The position numbers and the translations under genes were made by a program. A stretch of DNA of 64,000 bases from Synechococcus sp. (GTDB taxonomy: Bacteria > Cyanobacteriota > Cyanobacteriia > Thermostichales > PCC-7336). Location: NCBI GenBank assembly GCA_051439425.1, contig JBFRWD010000078.1, positions 48,630 through 112,629 of the forward strand, in the 5' to 3' direction. Within the stretch, counting starts at the first letter, position 1. Each line of letters opens with the position of its first letter. Positions 52,622 to 64,000 of the stretch are shown piece by piece. Under the pieces are notes generated by a model. That model was not told the origin of the DNA. It worked only from the letters and a program-made list of their open reading frames with translations, and did no database searches.

Positions 52622-54166
52622 ATGAATCCAACCGTCAATCTCACACCTATCATTGCTCTCTCGGGTCTGGTGATTTTGGCCTGGGGATACTGGCAAGCCC
52701 GTCGGAAGGGCCGAGCTGGTTTGCTGGGTTGGCTGCAAAGTGTATCACTGATATTGCCCTGGTTGGTCTTTCTGGGACTATTTGCAACCAATACCTATCT
52801 CAATGCGGCTGGATTTATATTGCTACTAACTGTGTCGAGCGGCATCTACATTGCTGTTGGACGGATGGCTCGCAACATCGCAAAAGAAGAACGGGCTGCA
52901 ACCGCAAAATTTCAGCAGGCACTGCGTAGCAGCCGCCCAGAGAGTGGGAGGGAGATTATGGCCGAGGGGGAAACGACGAGCGACGATAACGAACCCACAA
53001 TCGTTGGTAACAACAGTTCTGGTCCAGAGGAGCCTAACGGCAATCGCTCGCAGATGAATGTCAATGACCTGCAGGCTATTCGAGGCATTTTCGGTATCGA
53101 TACGTTCTACGTTACCGACGTTATCCCTTACGGTCAGGGGGCGATTTTCAAAGGCAATCTGCGTCAGGCAGAGGCGTCTACAATAGTGCAGCGCCTCCAA
53201 GCAGCCTTGCAGCAGGCGGTCGGAGATCGCTACCACCTATATTTGGTGCGAGATCGCGAAGAGAAGCCGTCAGTAGTCGTTTTACCCGACTCGACAGTCA
53301 ATCAACCCACTCCAGCAACTTTCAAGGCCCTATCCGCTACGCTGTTGGTTGCAACAGTGGCCATGGTGATGGAACTGGCTGCCAACTTGTTTGGCTTCAG
53401 CTTGACCGTGAATCCCGAACGCTGGTGGGAGACGATCCCCTTTGCCGCTGGAGTATTGGGAACGTTGGGGTTGCATGAATTCGGACACCGCTGGATGGCG
53501 GGCAAGTATAGAGTTCGACTCAGTCCAGCATTTCTAATACCAACTTTGGGGTTGGGCACTCTAGGTAGCCTAAATCGCATAGAATCTCCGGTGCCCCATC
53601 GCAAAGCATTGTTCGACATTGCGTTCGCCGGCCCAGCACTGGGTGGACTGTCCTCGCTTCTGCTCTTGGGGCTGGGGCTCATCCTCACCGGTCAACCGTC
53701 TGATTTATACCTCCCTGGTACGTTATTTCAGTCATCTTTACTGGTCGGCGGACTATCCCGTTTGGTACTCGGGTCCCAACTGCAGGCCGAAGTGGTTGGG
53801 ATTCATCCCCTAGTAGCAATTGGATGGCTCGGGTTGTTGGTAACAGCTCTCAGCTTGCTACCTGCCGGACAGCTTGATGGAGGGCGCATGGTTCAGGCAG
53901 TATACGGTCGCAAAATCGCGGGTCGCACCACGTTTGTTTCGATCGCGTTTTTGGCCCTGGCTGCATTGGGGAACCAAGTGGCGCTGTATTGGGCATTGCT
54001 CATTCTGCTGATTGCGCGCGATACCGAACGTCCCCCCCAAGACGAAATTACCGAAACCGATAGTCTCAGGGATGCACTGGCCTTAGTGGCTCTGTTTGCA
54101 ATGGCTATCATGCTGCTGCCTGTAGCCCCCATTGTGGCCGAACGCTTCGGAATTGGATCGATCTGA
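52622..54166 (+). CDS. site-2 protease, M50 family (EGY-like)
   Basis: HEFGH, FDIAFAGP, LPAGQLDGG. Confidence 0.9.
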   Translation: MNPTVNLTPIIALSGLVILAWGYWQARRKGRAGLLGWLQSVSLILPWLVFLGLFATNTYLNAAGFILLLTVSSGIYIAVGRMARNIAKEERAATAKFQQALRSSRPESGREIMAEGETTSDDNEPTIVGNNSSGPEEPNGNRSQMNVNDLQAIRGIFGIDTFYVTDVIPYGQGAIFKGNLRQAEASTIVQRLQAALQQAVGDRYHLYLVRDREEKPSVVVLPDSTVNQPTPATFKALSATLLVATVAMVMELAANLFGFSLTVNPERWWETIPFAAGVLGTLGLHEFGHRWMAGKYRVRLSPAFLIPTLGLGTLGSLNRIESPVPHRKALFDIAFAGPALGGLSSLLLLGLGLILTGQPSDLYLPGTLFQSSLLVGGLSRLVLGSQLQAEVVGIHPLVAIGWLGLLVTALSLLPAGQLDGGRMVQAVYGRKIAGRTTFVSIAFLALAALGNQVALYWALLILLIARDTERPPQDEITETDSLRDALALVALFAMAIMLLPVAPIVAERFGIGSI

Positions 54167-54234
54167 GGGGTCTCGGATCGCTTGGGTTTAACCAAAGTTT
54201 AACCAAATCGGACTGGGATAGGTCTGGCTCTGAT

Positions 54235-56076
54235 ATGGAGGAACAGAACATCTTGTCAGAAGTACCGGGGCATCAAATTCATCCAGTATTGGTTGAGCGA
54301 TCGGTACCGGTACCGATGCAAGACGGAGCTATTCTGTGCGCCGACATTTATCGCCCCAATAACAGCTCTCGCCCTCTACCTGTGCTGCTAATGCGACTGC
54401 CCTACGGACGCGCAGTGGCCTCAACAGTGGTTTATGCCCATCCCAGTTGGTATGCCCGTCAGGGGTTCATTGTTGTCATACAGGACGTGAGGGGATGTGG
54501 CCAATCGCAGGGCACCTTCTACCCCATGCAATCGGCAGAAATCAGCGACGGCGTTCAAACCGTTGAATGGTGTCGCAACCTTCCGGGCAGTAACGGCAAC
54601 GTGGGTATGTATGGGTTCTCGTACCAGGGCATCACCCAATTTCAAGCGGTTGCTGGGGGGGCTTCCTCCATGGGATTGACCGCGATCGCTCCTGGAATGG
54701 CAGCGATCGATCGCTATAGGGGCTGGTGCTATTGGGGAGGGGCCCTAGCGTTAGATCTAGTTCTGCCTTGGAGCGTTCAGTTAATACAAGACCAGGCTCA
54801 ATTCTGCAGGGTTGAGCCCGATGCCACCGAGTTAGGACAAGCACGGGCTGAGATTCAGACGTGGTTGCAATCCACACCACTCGATCGACTGAAGCTGTTG
54901 CACGGACGTCCGGAGGCTGATTTCTATTTCGACTGGCTGCGCGAGACCGTTGCTGACTCTGCATACGATCGAGAACTCAACCCCCAATCGTACCTAGACT
55001 CCACTTACGACGTACCTGGACTACATATCGCAGGCTGGGCCGACAGCTACTTGTTAGGGACTTTGCAAGCGTATGAATGGTTGCAATCGCATACCGAGTG
55101 CCCCCAGAACTTGATCGTAGGGCCTTGGCAACATATTCCATGGTCGCGGCAGGTGGGAGAGCTGGACTTTGGGCCAGCAGCTAGCCCAACGATCGATCGA
55201 TTGCAGGTGGAATGGTTTAGCCACTGGCTCAATGGCAACGATCCATCGGTTGCAGACAAAGATGTCTCACCCACTAATGCAGCTCAAACAGGCACAACCC
55301 GAGCAGACACAACCCAAACATTCACAGGGCAAGAATCCAGCACAGTTAAGGGATCGAGTGTAGGCATCGCACTAGAAGCCAAGGTCAACCTATTTGAAAT
55401 GGGCAGCAATCGCTGGTTGCAATTCGAACAATGGCCCGTACCAACCCAGCCCTACCGCCTTTGGATCGCCAGCGATGGACTAGCCAATGGCCCCGATAGT
55501 CGTGGACAACTACTCGAACAACCCAAGCCTGGGACTTGCGCATTTGATACCTACGTTTACGACCCTCGCATCGCCAATCCCACCACACCTTACGGCCCTT
55601 ACGATCAACGCCGCGTGCACCACCGTCCCGACCTTTTGCTCTACACCAGCGCTCCTCTCGATGTTCCTATGGCGATCGCTGGTGCACCTGTCATGAACCT
55701 CTACGCATCAACCACAGCAGTTGACACCGATTGGGTCGTGAAATTGATGCGATTGACGTCGACAGGTGCAGCAATTCTGCTGAGTGCAGGGGTTCTACGC
55801 AGTCGCTTTCGTCAATCGTTATCCGATCCAAAACTGCTGACTCCAGACGAAATCGTGCAGTACAGCATTGCTTTTCGCCCCACCTGCTGGTCCATTCCTG
55901 CTGGAGATCGCGTGCAAGTGGCGATCGCCAGTGCCGCGTTTCCATGGATTGACCGCAATCCCAACACTGGTCAATGGCCTGCTTCTGCGCGGTACAGCGA
56001 TTTTCAAATGGCAACCCAAACCATATTCCACACCCCCGAATTACCGTCCCACATCGTTTTGCCCATTCGACAATAA
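54235..56076 (+). CDS. CocE/NonD family hydrolase
   Basis: LMRLPYG, QDVRG, GMYGFSYQG, GPWQH, DRNPNTG. Confidence 0.9.
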   Translation: MEEQNILSEVPGHQIHPVLVERSVPVPMQDGAILCADIYRPNNSSRPLPVLLMRLPYGRAVASTVVYAHPSWYARQGFIVVIQDVRGCGQSQGTFYPMQSAEISDGVQTVEWCRNLPGSNGNVGMYGFSYQGITQFQAVAGGASSMGLTAIAPGMAAIDRYRGWCYWGGALALDLVLPWSVQLIQDQAQFCRVEPDATELGQARAEIQTWLQSTPLDRLKLLHGRPEADFYFDWLRETVADSAYDRELNPQSYLDSTYDVPGLHIAGWADSYLLGTLQAYEWLQSHTECPQNLIVGPWQHIPWSRQVGELDFGPAASPTIDRLQVEWFSHWLNGNDPSVADKDVSPTNAAQTGTTRADTTQTFTGQESSTVKGSSVGIALEAKVNLFEMGSNRWLQFEQWPVPTQPYRLWIASDGLANGPDSRGQLLEQPKPGTCAFDTYVYDPRIANPTTPYGPYDQRRVHHRPDLLLYTSAPLDVPMAIAGAPVMNLYASTTAVDTDWVVKLMRLTSTGAAILLSAGVLRSRFRQSLSDPKLLTPDEIVQYSIAFRPTCWSIPAGDRVQVAIASAAFPWIDRNPNTGQWPASARYSDFQMATQTIFHTPELPSHIVLPIRQ

Positions 56077-56127
56077 AGATCCCGAGAGATCGAGCAGTAC
56101 CAGTTCCAAAGCCATACCAGCAACATG

Positions 56128-56616
56128 CTACGAGCTCTGGACTGTCGGCCCTGCGGGATTTTGCACCTTAAATTCGCGAGCATCCACCAACTCAGCACTG
56201 GTTGGTTGCATCTGTCGATCCAAGTCCTCTATCAATGGTTCTGGGAACGCAAACCAATCCTCCCGACTGGCCCAGTAGATAGCCAGCGTGACAGATTCCG
56301 GGTGCTCGGGAGACGTCCAGATTGATTTGTGCAAGAACCCCGGTTGCCGGCGCAGCGCAGCTGTCCAGATTTGTTCGTCTTTTGCCAAAAAATCTGCTTG
56401 CTCTTCAACGGGGACACGAAATTCCAACCATTCCACCACTACCGAATTGGGCCAAGGGGAGTCGCTAGCTCGAGCAACCTGCGGTTCGAATACTGGCATC
56501 TGAATTCCTACAACTCCCATACTCCATAACAGAATTGAGAGCGCGATCGCTTGCCCCAACACCATCCACCCACGCTGACTTGGTCTGTTGTTATGCATTA
56601 GCACGAACAATTGCAT
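56128..56616 (-). CDS. TIGR03792-like cyanobacterial ABM-fold protein
   Basis: VVEWLEFRV, FLAKDEQIWTAAL...PGF, IYWASREDW. Start uncertain. Confidence 0.78.
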   Translation of the reverse strand: MQLFVLMHNNRPSQRGWMVLGQAIALSILLWSMGVVGIQMPVFEPQVARASDSPWPNSVVVEWLEFRVPVEEQADFLAKDEQIWTAALRRQPGFLHKSIWTSPEHPESVTLAIYWASREDWFAFPEPLIEDLDRQMQPTSAELVDAREFKVQNPAGPTVQSS

Positions 56617-56683
56617 CTCTGTCTACAGACTCAGGGTAATCCTTACACACATTGAGTTTCTGTAATCTACTCTAAAGCATTTG

Positions 56684-56879
56684 AGTTGACCCCTATTAAC
56701 AGCGGTAGAGTGCGAATGAGTGGATGAGTGTGGTGGCAACTGGTGTCAGGATTTTGCGCGTAAGCTTACAGCAGCGACGTATCTGTAAGTTTGGCCCACT
56801 ACTGGGTAACCCTATGGTGAAGTCAGTTAGTATTCGCTACCGCTATTGATACGAGTTAGTGTTTCTCGCGATAGTTGAG
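56684..56879 (-). ncRNA. ssrS: probable 6S RNA
   Basis: Long closing stem (TATCAATAGCGGTAG pairs with CTACCGCTGTTAATA), central CTAACTGA, apical CTTACAG/CTGTAAG hairpin, TATAAT at 56886-56891 on the minus strand. Ends approximate. Confidence 0.6.
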
Positions 56880-57097
56880 TATCCGATTATATCGGCTGAG
56901 CAACATTGCCTGCATATTGTCAAGACACCAGTCGGAGCAGTAACGGTACAACCGTATTAGCAGCAATAGCAGGGCATTCCGTCTAAATTGGCATTCGCTT
57001 CTAGCTAGTCATTTTCCCCGTTGAGACTAGACTCTCCAACTCTGCACCCTGTGTAAAACATTGAATGAGCCAGATTCCACCTGACTTCCCCGATCGC

Positions 57098-57688
57098 TTA
57101 CCAAGCGACGTAGGGCAGTTGGGCTGCCGTTTGGCGAGTCGCATCCAGATTGCTCACAAGTTGCCCGCAAGTATCCCAAGTTCCCTCGATCAACATAGCG
57201 TGCGGTCCTTGCTTGAGCTGAAGAGCAATCGTGCGATCTCCGGCAATCACCTGCAGGGACTCTACATTCACATTCAGCTCTAGAGATGGATCGGCTGCAA
57301 TTGCGGACTGCAATTGCTCGATCTCTGCTGCCGATGCCGTCAGGCAAGGCACTCCCATGGCCAAGCAATTACCAAAGAATATCTCGGCAAAGCTCTCTCC
57401 AATAATGGTTTCGATCCCCCAGCGAGCGATCGCCTGGGGAGCGTGTTCGCGACTGGAACCACAGCCAAAATTAGCGTTCACCACCAGCACCTTGGCTCCC
57501 CGGTACTGAGGTAGGTCGAAGGGGTGCTGACCGTCACTTTCGCGGCGATCGTCCGTGAAAACTTGTTGACCTAACCCATCAAACGTGACACAACGCAAAA
57601 AACGGGCAGGAATGATGCGATCGGTATCGATATCATTGCCAGCTAATGGTAATCCACGACCGACGACAGAACGAATTTCACGAGCCAT
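57098..57688 (-). CDS. leuD: 3-isopropylmalate dehydratase small subunit
   Basis: DIDTDRIIPARFL, NFGCGSSREHAP. Confidence 0.96.
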   Translation of the reverse strand: MAREIRSVVGRGLPLAGNDIDTDRIIPARFLRCVTFDGLGQQVFTDDRRESDGQHPFDLPQYRGAKVLVVNANFGCGSSREHAPQAIARWGIETIIGESFAEIFFGNCLAMGVPCLTASAAEIEQLQSAIAADPSLELNVNVESLQVIAGDRTIALQLKQGPHAMLIEGTWDTCGQLVSNLDATRQTAAQLPYVAW

Positions 57689-57689
57689 T

Positions 57690-59102
57690 CTATGCTTCTT
57701 CCTCCATTGTGCGAATATCAGTTACCGCTCCATTCACTGCAGCAGCTACCACCATTGCCGGACTCATCAAAAGAGTGCGTCCGCTAGCAGAGCCCTGACG
57801 TCCCTTAAAATTACGATTGGACGATGAAGCACTAATCTGCGAGCCTTGCAGCTTATCGGGGTTCATGGCCAAACACATCGAACAGCCAGCATTACGCCAC
57901 TCGAACCCAGCCTCGGTAAAGATCTCGTTTAGCCCTGCAGACTCCGCCTGCTGCTTCACCACTTCCGAACCCGGCACGATAAACGCTTTCACGCCAGCCG
58001 CTACCTTGCGGCCTTTAGCATATTTAGCGGCTTCCTCCAAATCACTCAGCCGCCCGTTGGTGCAACTACCGACAAAACACACATCAATCTTGGTCCCCTC
58101 AATTGGCTGTCCGGGAGAGAGGTGCATGTAGCGATAGGCTTCTTCCACCGTTGGACGCTCGTCGGGAGAAAACTCCTCTGGGGTGGGAATAGTTTCGTCT
58201 ACAGCAATTCCCTGGCCAGGGGTAATACCCCAGGTAACAGTAGGAGCAATATCGGCAGCATCAAACATCACCACATCGTCATACTCAGCATCTATATCGC
58301 TGCGCAAACTATTCCACCAATCCACAGCCCGCTGCCAGTTTTCTCCAGCAGGAGCATGCTCGCGGCCTTGCAAATAGTCGTAAGTCACACTGTCGGGATT
58401 GACGTACCCGCAGCGCGCACCGCCTTCGATCGACATGTTGCATAGGGTCATACGCTCGTCCATCGACATCGCATTGATGGTGGAACCGGCATATTCGTAG
58501 GCGTAGCCTACACCTCCTTTAACGCCTAATTTGCGAATAATGTGCAAGACAACATCTTTGGCATATACCCCAGAGGCTAGCGTGCCATTCACTTCAACTC
58601 TTCGGACTTTCAGTTTATCTAATGCCAGAGTTTGCGATGCCAGCACGTCTCTCACTTGGCTGGTCCCAATTCCGAAGGCGATCGCCCCAAAAGCACCATG
58701 CGTCGAGGTGTGACTGTCACCACAGGCAATCGTCATACCAGGCTGAGTCAATCCCTGCTCGGGGGCAATCACATGCACGATCCCTTGTTTGCCCGATCCG
58801 ACGTTGTGGAAACGAATACCAAAATCAGTGCAGTTCTGCTCCAGCGCCTCCAGCATTTCTTCTGCAAGAGCATCTTGCAGCGGACGGGCCTGACTCTCAG
58901 TTGGAACAATATGATCGACAGTCGCCACAGTGCGATCGGGCATCGATACCGACAATCCGCGTTCATGCAGCATGGCAAACGCCTGAGGACTGGTGACCTC
59001 GTGAATCAGGTGCAAGCCAATCAGCAGTTGCGTCTGACCGGAAGGGAGCGTTCCTACGCTGTGGGCATCCCAAACCTTATCGAATAGTGTTCCGCGACTC
59101 AT
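57690..59102 (-). CDS. leuC: 3-isopropylmalate dehydratase large subunit
   Basis: [37 protein letters not shown]. Start set at ATG 59102. Confidence 0.96.
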   Translation of the reverse strand: MSRGTLFDKVWDAHSVGTLPSGQTQLLIGLHLIHEVTSPQAFAMLHERGLSVSMPDRTVATVDHIVPTESQARPLQDALAEEMLEALEQNCTDFGIRFHNVGSGKQGIVHVIAPEQGLTQPGMTIACGDSHTSTHGAFGAIAFGIGTSQVRDVLASQTLALDKLKVRRVEVNGTLASGVYAKDVVLHIIRKLGVKGGVGYAYEYAGSTINAMSMDERMTLCNMSIEGGARCGYVNPDSVTYDYLQGREHAPAGENWQRAVDWWNSLRSDIDAEYDDVVMFDAADIAPTVTWGITPGQGIAVDETIPTPEEFSPDERPTVEEAYRYMHLSPGQPIEGTKIDVCFVGSCTNGRLSDLEEAAKYAKGRKVAAGVKAFIVPGSEVVKQQAESAGLNEIFTEAGFEWRNAGCSMCLAMNPDKLQGSQISASSSNRNFKGRQGSASGRTLLMSPAMVVAAAVNGAVTDIRTMEEEA

Positions 59103-59266
59103 ATCAAAATTGGGCGCTATGACGGATTGTGTAGCACCCAATACTAACAGATTCAGATGTCTGCATTCACCGGCACAAGCCGATCTTCGGGATTGTTGAT
59201 TAGTGTGCACGCATACACCCTGAGGCGGCGTGCACTCAGTCTCACCCCTCAATGCCAACAAGAGAG

Positions 59267-62035
59267 CTACTGACTAGAGGCCGATTGTAACCTGGGCAAG
59301 CGTTGCTCTCCATAACGCAGCAAGGTATCGAGAGCCACCAGTCGGTTGCCCCAGGTATTGACACGATAAGGACGCTCCAGAGCTTCAAACCGGAACCACT
59401 CTTCGATTCCAGCCAGCAATGCAGCTAGTTCTTGACGGGCTGTATTCAATGCCATTGCACTGGGAGCAGCGTCTAGAGCCTGCAGTGCAGCATCCACCTG
59501 CGCCACTTGAACTCGCCATTCTTCTTGAAAGCGATCGGGTATCCACATTTGCTCGTTCGCTAACAGGGTTTCCCATTCCTGCTGCAATGCATCAAATCGA
59601 TAGACAGAAGCACTGAACGGAGCACGATAGGGGATTTGCGAGGATGGGATGCGTGATTGATTCAAGATGGTTTGAAATTCCCCGTTGAGATGTCGGGCTG
59701 CAAACAGCGAGTAGCCACCGGTCGGCAAATCACGCACGGCTTGCATGGAGTCGAGGAATTCGACCTCCGGCATATCCAACAAGTTAAAACTGGGAAGCAG
59801 CAACACGGGAGAACTGCTGGTCGCTTCAAGAGCGGGGCGCACCAATTGCTCCATGCGACGGGAATTTTCCACGTACGTCATTGGCACGAGCAAATCCAAG
59901 TCTCCCCGAGCAATCCAGGTCTCCCATTCCTGCTGAAGCTTCTGCATGCGCTCGTTGTAAGGCATGGGGTAAACGGCTGCAGACATCACAACCTGTGGGT
60001 CAAGCGATTGCATCGTGTCGGCGGCTTCGGCAACAAATGTTGACACTTGCTCCGATTTAAATTCCGTCCACATTGCCCACAGCGAGCGATCGCGATTCGG
60101 ATCTAGTTCCTGCGGGTCAACCCCTGTCAACTGCTGGAATTTTTGGCGAGCCGCTCGACCGTATCCATAAGCCAAACGACTCCCAGGGCTTTGGAACGGA
60201 TAGCGAATGTAGTCCAGATGAATCCCATCAACACCATAGTTACTCACCATCTCTCGCATGAGGGAAATCAGGTAGTTACGGGCTTGGTCGTTGGCGGGGT
60301 CCAGCCAAGTTTCCGGCTGACCAGAGGGGAATTGTCGTCCGCGAGCGTCATAGCTAGACCAACCTGGATGAGCCGTCAGCACTGGTCCAACGTAGTCTTG
60401 AGGAAGTCCGATTTCTGGCAAAACATTATGGCGGCTATTGCCCACCGCAAACGTCCACATCCAGGCATGCAGTTCCATATCCCGTTCGTGGGCTAACTCG
60501 ACGGCGGCAGCTAGCGGATCCCACCCCCGAGTCAATGGATTTTGCGCTGGGGCAATGCGACTGGGATAGACGGGAAATCCAGCATTAATGGTTTCAAAAA
60601 AGACCGTATTGATGCCTGCAGAAGCCAAGCGGTCAAAGACTTCTGCCAACCCAGCCGGAGATCGCGCATCCACAATCGTGCCACGATCGAGCCAGATGGC
60701 CCTAACTTCGGGTAGTGCCGTGAGCCGATCGCGTGGATAGCTCTCCCATAAGTTGGAGATAGCCATCGCATGTTCGCGCCGCGCGCGTTCGTGTTGGCCG
60801 CTATTGACCCAATCATCGATATCGGATTCCACTAAGCGAGCCTGCTCGATGATGTTGCGATATTGATCGGGCAGACTACTGCCATCCAACCCCACAGCAT
60901 CGGTCGTTAACATTGCACTTTCCACTCGTCCCAACAAACTGCTGAGTTCGGAGCGCATCGCTAGCATTTCCAGCGTATTAATCGGTAGAGATGATACAAA
61001 GGGTTCTGTCGCTGGGGCTGTTGCGACCTCGGACGTAGTAGTGGATGTTGAGCCGGTATTCGGCCGAAGAAATTGCGTAATATCTAGTTGCGAAGTGGTG
61101 GCAGGCATGGAGGTAGTTCTGTCCAGCCCACTATCCGGTCTGGCAGTATCTGTCTCAGGAACGTTAGAAACAGACTGCCGCGCGTATACGGCGGCAACAT
61201 CCGTGTCAACTTGTTCTGTAGCCCTTCCTGTTGGTTGTGCAGGATCTGGCGCAACACGAGTCTCTTCAGGATCGATCTGTCCCTGATGCGTTGCAGCCGT
61301 AGTAGTATTGCCCCCTTCATCAAACCGATCGAGTGATGCTGCCAACCATTGCTCGTTGACATCACTAGCAGCACTAGCCCCCCATTCCCACCCAAGATAA
61401 ACACTCTGTCTGGTGGAAATAACCGCAACGGGACTTCCCATCTCTCCTGACCAAGTGGCTGTCAACTTACTGTCCAACCCACTGGGGATTAGACTTCCCC
61501 CCGCGATCGGAGTTTCCGCCTGTACGGTCTCTGTCCAGTCATTGCCCCGAAAACTGGTTGCAACAACAGTACTTGTTTCCTCGCGATCGCTCCCCCAATA
61601 GCCCCCCAGTAACTGTCGCAATCGACGTTGGTTGTTTGGGGACAGATCTCGCATCGGACCACTGACGATCAAGCGACCGCTACCCGTTTGCATCCAAACT
61701 TCTAAAACTTGCAGTTGGCTATCACTAATCTCCGAAACGTTTGGGATGAAGAGAACCTCCACATTTCGCAAAGCATCTAGTGAAAATCCTCGCTCATCCA
61801 GAACAGAGTGGGCAAATTCTGACCGTTCCAGTTGTTGAACAATTTCAGACCAGTTTTGAGAGCCGCCTAATTCCTGCAAGACGGTCAGTTCCGGCCGAGC
61901 GATCACTGCTCCTGGCAGCGCCAAAGCTCCTACTGCCAAAACCCCGATTGCACTTATCCCCCCCAATACGGCTCGAACGCTCGGGTTAAGAGAGCAAGAC
62001 TTCAGGACGAAATCGGTAAGCTGTTTCGACTGCAT
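59267..62035 (-). CDS. GHL10 (DUF187) glycoside hydrolase-like protein
   Basis: [43 protein letters not shown]. Confidence 0.88.
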   Translation of the reverse strand: MQSKQLTDFVLKSCSLNPSVRAVLGGISAIGVLAVGALALPGAVIARPELTVLQELGGSQNWSEIVQQLERSEFAHSVLDERGFSLDALRNVEVLFIPNVSEISDSQLQVLEVWMQTGSGRLIVSGPMRDLSPNNQRRLRQLLGGYWGSDREETSTVVATSFRGNDWTETVQAETPIAGGSLIPSGLDSKLTATWSGEMGSPVAVISTRQSVYLGWEWGASAASDVNEQWLAASLDRFDEGGNTTTAATHQGQIDPEETRVAPDPAQPTGRATEQVDTDVAAVYARQSVSNVPETDTARPDSGLDRTTSMPATTSQLDITQFLRPNTGSTSTTTSEVATAPATEPFVSSLPINTLEMLAMRSELSSLLGRVESAMLTTDAVGLDGSSLPDQYRNIIEQARLVESDIDDWVNSGQHERARREHAMAISNLWESYPRDRLTALPEVRAIWLDRGTIVDARSPAGLAEVFDRLASAGINTVFFETINAGFPVYPSRIAPAQNPLTRGWDPLAAAVELAHERDMELHAWMWTFAVGNSRHNVLPEIGLPQDYVGPVLTAHPGWSSYDARGRQFPSGQPETWLDPANDQARNYLISLMREMVSNYGVDGIHLDYIRYPFQSPGSRLAYGYGRAARQKFQQLTGVDPQELDPNRDRSLWAMWTEFKSEQVSTFVAEAADTMQSLDPQVVMSAAVYPMPYNERMQKLQQEWETWIARGDLDLLVPMTYVENSRRMEQLVRPALEATSSSPVLLLPSFNLLDMPEVEFLDSMQAVRDLPTGGYSLFAARHLNGEFQTILNQSRIPSSQIPYRAPFSASVYRFDALQQEWETLLANEQMWIPDRFQEEWRVQVAQVDAALQALDAAPSAMALNTARQELAALLAGIEEWFRFEALERPYRVNTWGNRLVALDTLLRYGEQRLPRLQSASSQ

Positions 62036-62271
62036 ATCTGCCTGCCAAATGGACTGAGCCTAGTGGAGAATAGAATCAGACCTCATTAGAAGAACCGGCG
62101 CTCAGCCTCTCTTCATGCCCTCGGAACACCCACTAGTGTGCTATCCAAAGAGTCTGTTTGGTTGTACTTACTGCGTTTACCCAGTTTTTCAGAACGGACG
62201 ATCCCACTCAATAAAACGATCCATTTCGTAGTCTCCTGTTTCTTCCAGCCTTGTCCCCCCGGAGCCAGTGT

Positions 62272-63369
62272 ATGTCAAGCATTCAGTCCGAACAGTATTC
62301 ATCTCTTCACGCAGCCCAGATAGCCAGTGGCGCTGCGTTTGAAACACTAAACGGACATCACGTGGCTATCTATTTTGGCGATCACTCTGCAGCACCTTCA
62401 CTGAAAGCAGCCTTCGAGGACGTCGCACTATTCGATCGATCTCACTGGTCGCTCCTGGAAATGCGAGGCCCCGACCGACTGGATTACCTTCACAATCAGA
62501 CGACAAACAATATCAAAGCCCTATCTCCAGGACAAGGGTGCGAGACCTGCATCGTTTCTCCCACTGCACGTCTAATCGATTTGGTAACAGCTTATGCAAC
62601 CCCCGATTCAGTTTTTCTACTGGCATCTCCTTCAGATTCGGATAACTCCAGAGCGTTCCTATCGCTCAATCGACTCATTGCATTCAGCAATGCTCAATTA
62701 ACAGATGTAGGGAGTAGCTATTCCCTATTTACTGTTGTTGGGCCCCGAAGTCAGCGACTTCTGAATGAACTCAGTATTGCTCTGCCTTCTTCAACTATCC
62801 ACAGTCACACCTATGTCGAGACTTCTACTCCTCCAATATGCGTCGCCTCTGGCACTGGTTTGTCGATTGAAGGCTATACGTTGATCGTTCCGAAAGAGAC
62901 GTCCGCTAACGTTTGGAGCACCCTTATCGACGGTGGAGCTACCGCTTGCGGTAGCGAGGCCTGGGAAGTTTTACGTATTCGACAAGGACGTCCTGCCATT
63001 GGTAAGGAGCTAACTGATGAATTCAACCCGCTTGAAGCCGGGTTGTGGCACACCGCAAGCTTCACCAAGGGTTGCTACATTGGCCAAGAAACCATTGCTC
63101 GTCTCGATACTTTTAACGGTGTGAAGCAACAATTGAGAGGGTTACAATTCAGCACTCCAGTTCCAATTGGAGCAACGATTCTCGTTGACGAACAACGCGC
63201 AGGTATCATCACCAGCATCACGACTCAACCAATCAATGGCAGCTATCGAGGGTTAGGCTATATCCGAACAAAGCTAGGCGGCGACAACTTAGATATTGTT
63301 ACTGAAGGCAAAAATGGTAGGACTGTTGCGTTGCCTTACAGTACTAGGGAACAGCAGCCTAGCGAATGA
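62272..63369 (+). CDS. ygfZ: folate-binding protein YgfZ
   Basis: LHNQTTN and KGCYIGQETIARL signature. Confidence 0.92.
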   Translation: MSSIQSEQYSSLHAAQIASGAAFETLNGHHVAIYFGDHSAAPSLKAAFEDVALFDRSHWSLLEMRGPDRLDYLHNQTTNNIKALSPGQGCETCIVSPTARLIDLVTAYATPDSVFLLASPSDSDNSRAFLSLNRLIAFSNAQLTDVGSSYSLFTVVGPRSQRLLNELSIALPSSTIHSHTYVETSTPPICVASGTGLSIEGYTLIVPKETSANVWSTLIDGGATACGSEAWEVLRIRQGRPAIGKELTDEFNPLEAGLWHTASFTKGCYIGQETIARLDTFNGVKQQLRGLQFSTPVPIGATILVDEQRAGIITSITTQPINGSYRGLGYIRTKLGGDNLDIVTEGKNGRTVALPYSTREQQPSE

Positions 63370-63399
63370 TGATATTGAGGCCAACTTCAGAATGCAACT

Positions 63400-63795
63400 T
63401 TATCGGGGTCGAGCTGCCACGCCATCAAGAGACCAATCGGGTCGTAAGTTTCTTGCATCGCGTAAGTATATATGTTGAATCTCTGTCTGCGTCATTTCTG
63501 TATTGACATGTGCCAGCACTCGTATGCACATGGGTAAACTCCCAGACACCTGCATCTGCTGGACGTCCAGCAAAGGAACGTTATTCCATCCAGGCCTCTG
63601 ACGGGCAATCGCGGCCGGAAAAACTGCGTCTATATCGGTTGTCGCAGTGAACGTTACACTCACAATCTCTGAAGGTTCGAGGTTATTGGCATCAGACAAT
63701 TCGTTCAGTAACTCGGCAACTGCACCCCGAATATCAGAATCAGTATTTGAATCAACAGTCGTTGCACCCCGAATTGCTCTGACTCGCCATCCCAA
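63400..63795 (-). CDS. aroH: chorismate mutase, AroH class
   Basis: RAIRGATT, FPAAIAR, LPMCIRVL, HIYLR.A..LRPD. Confidence 0.94.
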   Translation of the reverse strand: MGWRVRAIRGATTVDSNTDSDIRGAVAELLNELSDANNLEPSEIVSVTFTATTDIDAVFPAAIARQRPGWNNVPLLDVQQMQVSGSLPMCIRVLAHVNTEMTQTEIQHIYLRDARNLRPDWSLDGVAARPR

Positions 63796-63871
63796 GCGCC
63801 TATCCTCAAAAACTATACCCAGACGATTATACCGAGTACTGTTCGGAGAAATAAATCGCCTGTAATCGCCT

Positions 63872-63905
63872 AAAACAAATCCCCCAACCTATCGGTTGGG
63901 GGATT
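63872..63905 (-). terminator. terminator downstream of the 5S rRNA
   Basis: AATCCCCCAACC/GGTTGGGGGATT stem followed by TGTTTT on the minus strand. Confidence 0.85.
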
Positions 63906-63917
63906 CAAGTAGTAAAG

Positions 63918-64000
63918 TCTGGCATCGAGCTATATTCCCATGGGGCGACCCCCAGAGTATTGTCGCCGCAACAGCGTTTCACAACCGAGTTCGGGAAGGG
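63918..64000 (-). rRNA. rrf: 5S rRNA, 3' part (truncated by the window edge)
   Basis: Reverse complement reads CCCGAACTCGGTTGTGAAAC...GGCGACAATACT...GGGAATATAGCTCGATGCCAG. Confidence 0.93.

Noticed and set aside
59103..59261. N-terminal extensions given by the ORF track for leuC (also atpC, rnc, tetR, nadD and tocopherol cyclase)
   Set aside because: Homology starts at downstream start codons; the extensions look like longest-ORF artefacts.

Overview
Cyanobacterial chromosomal segment, judged from psbH/psbN/psb27, acsF, an SLH-porin, NtcA boxes and frequent HIP1 GCGATCGC. Most of it is housekeeping: zds, accC, ruvA, nadD, tex, ktrB, atpC, rnc, ycf46, tocopherol cyclase, tandem glnN-glnA, rodA, recQ, ugd, a hopanoid cluster, pdxA, leuCD, ygfZ and aroH, with the 3' end of a 5S rRNA at the right edge. 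The most interesting part is an AT-richer four-gene minus-strand cassette at 18035-20847, bracketed by two decayed fragments of the same transposase-like family. It encodes a secreted two-domain protein, a small secreted Glu/Arg-rich peptide, a one-TM protein with a WKGGGFGMF motif, and an HTTM-like membrane protein carrying NH and Lys motifs like those of vitamin K-dependent gamma-glutamyl carboxylase. This may be a split VKGC/SdpAB-like peptide-modifying system with its substrate (inference). Other observations are a TetR regulon with three 18-bp operators, an NtcA-controlled PII paralog with a rewired T-loop, an orphan ATP synthase epsilon gene lacking the basic C-terminal helix, a uxs pseudogene, two copies of a 97-bp MITE-like element, a probable 6S RNA, and two small ORFs missing from the ORF track. 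All family assignments are by-eye motif recognition; no searches were run.
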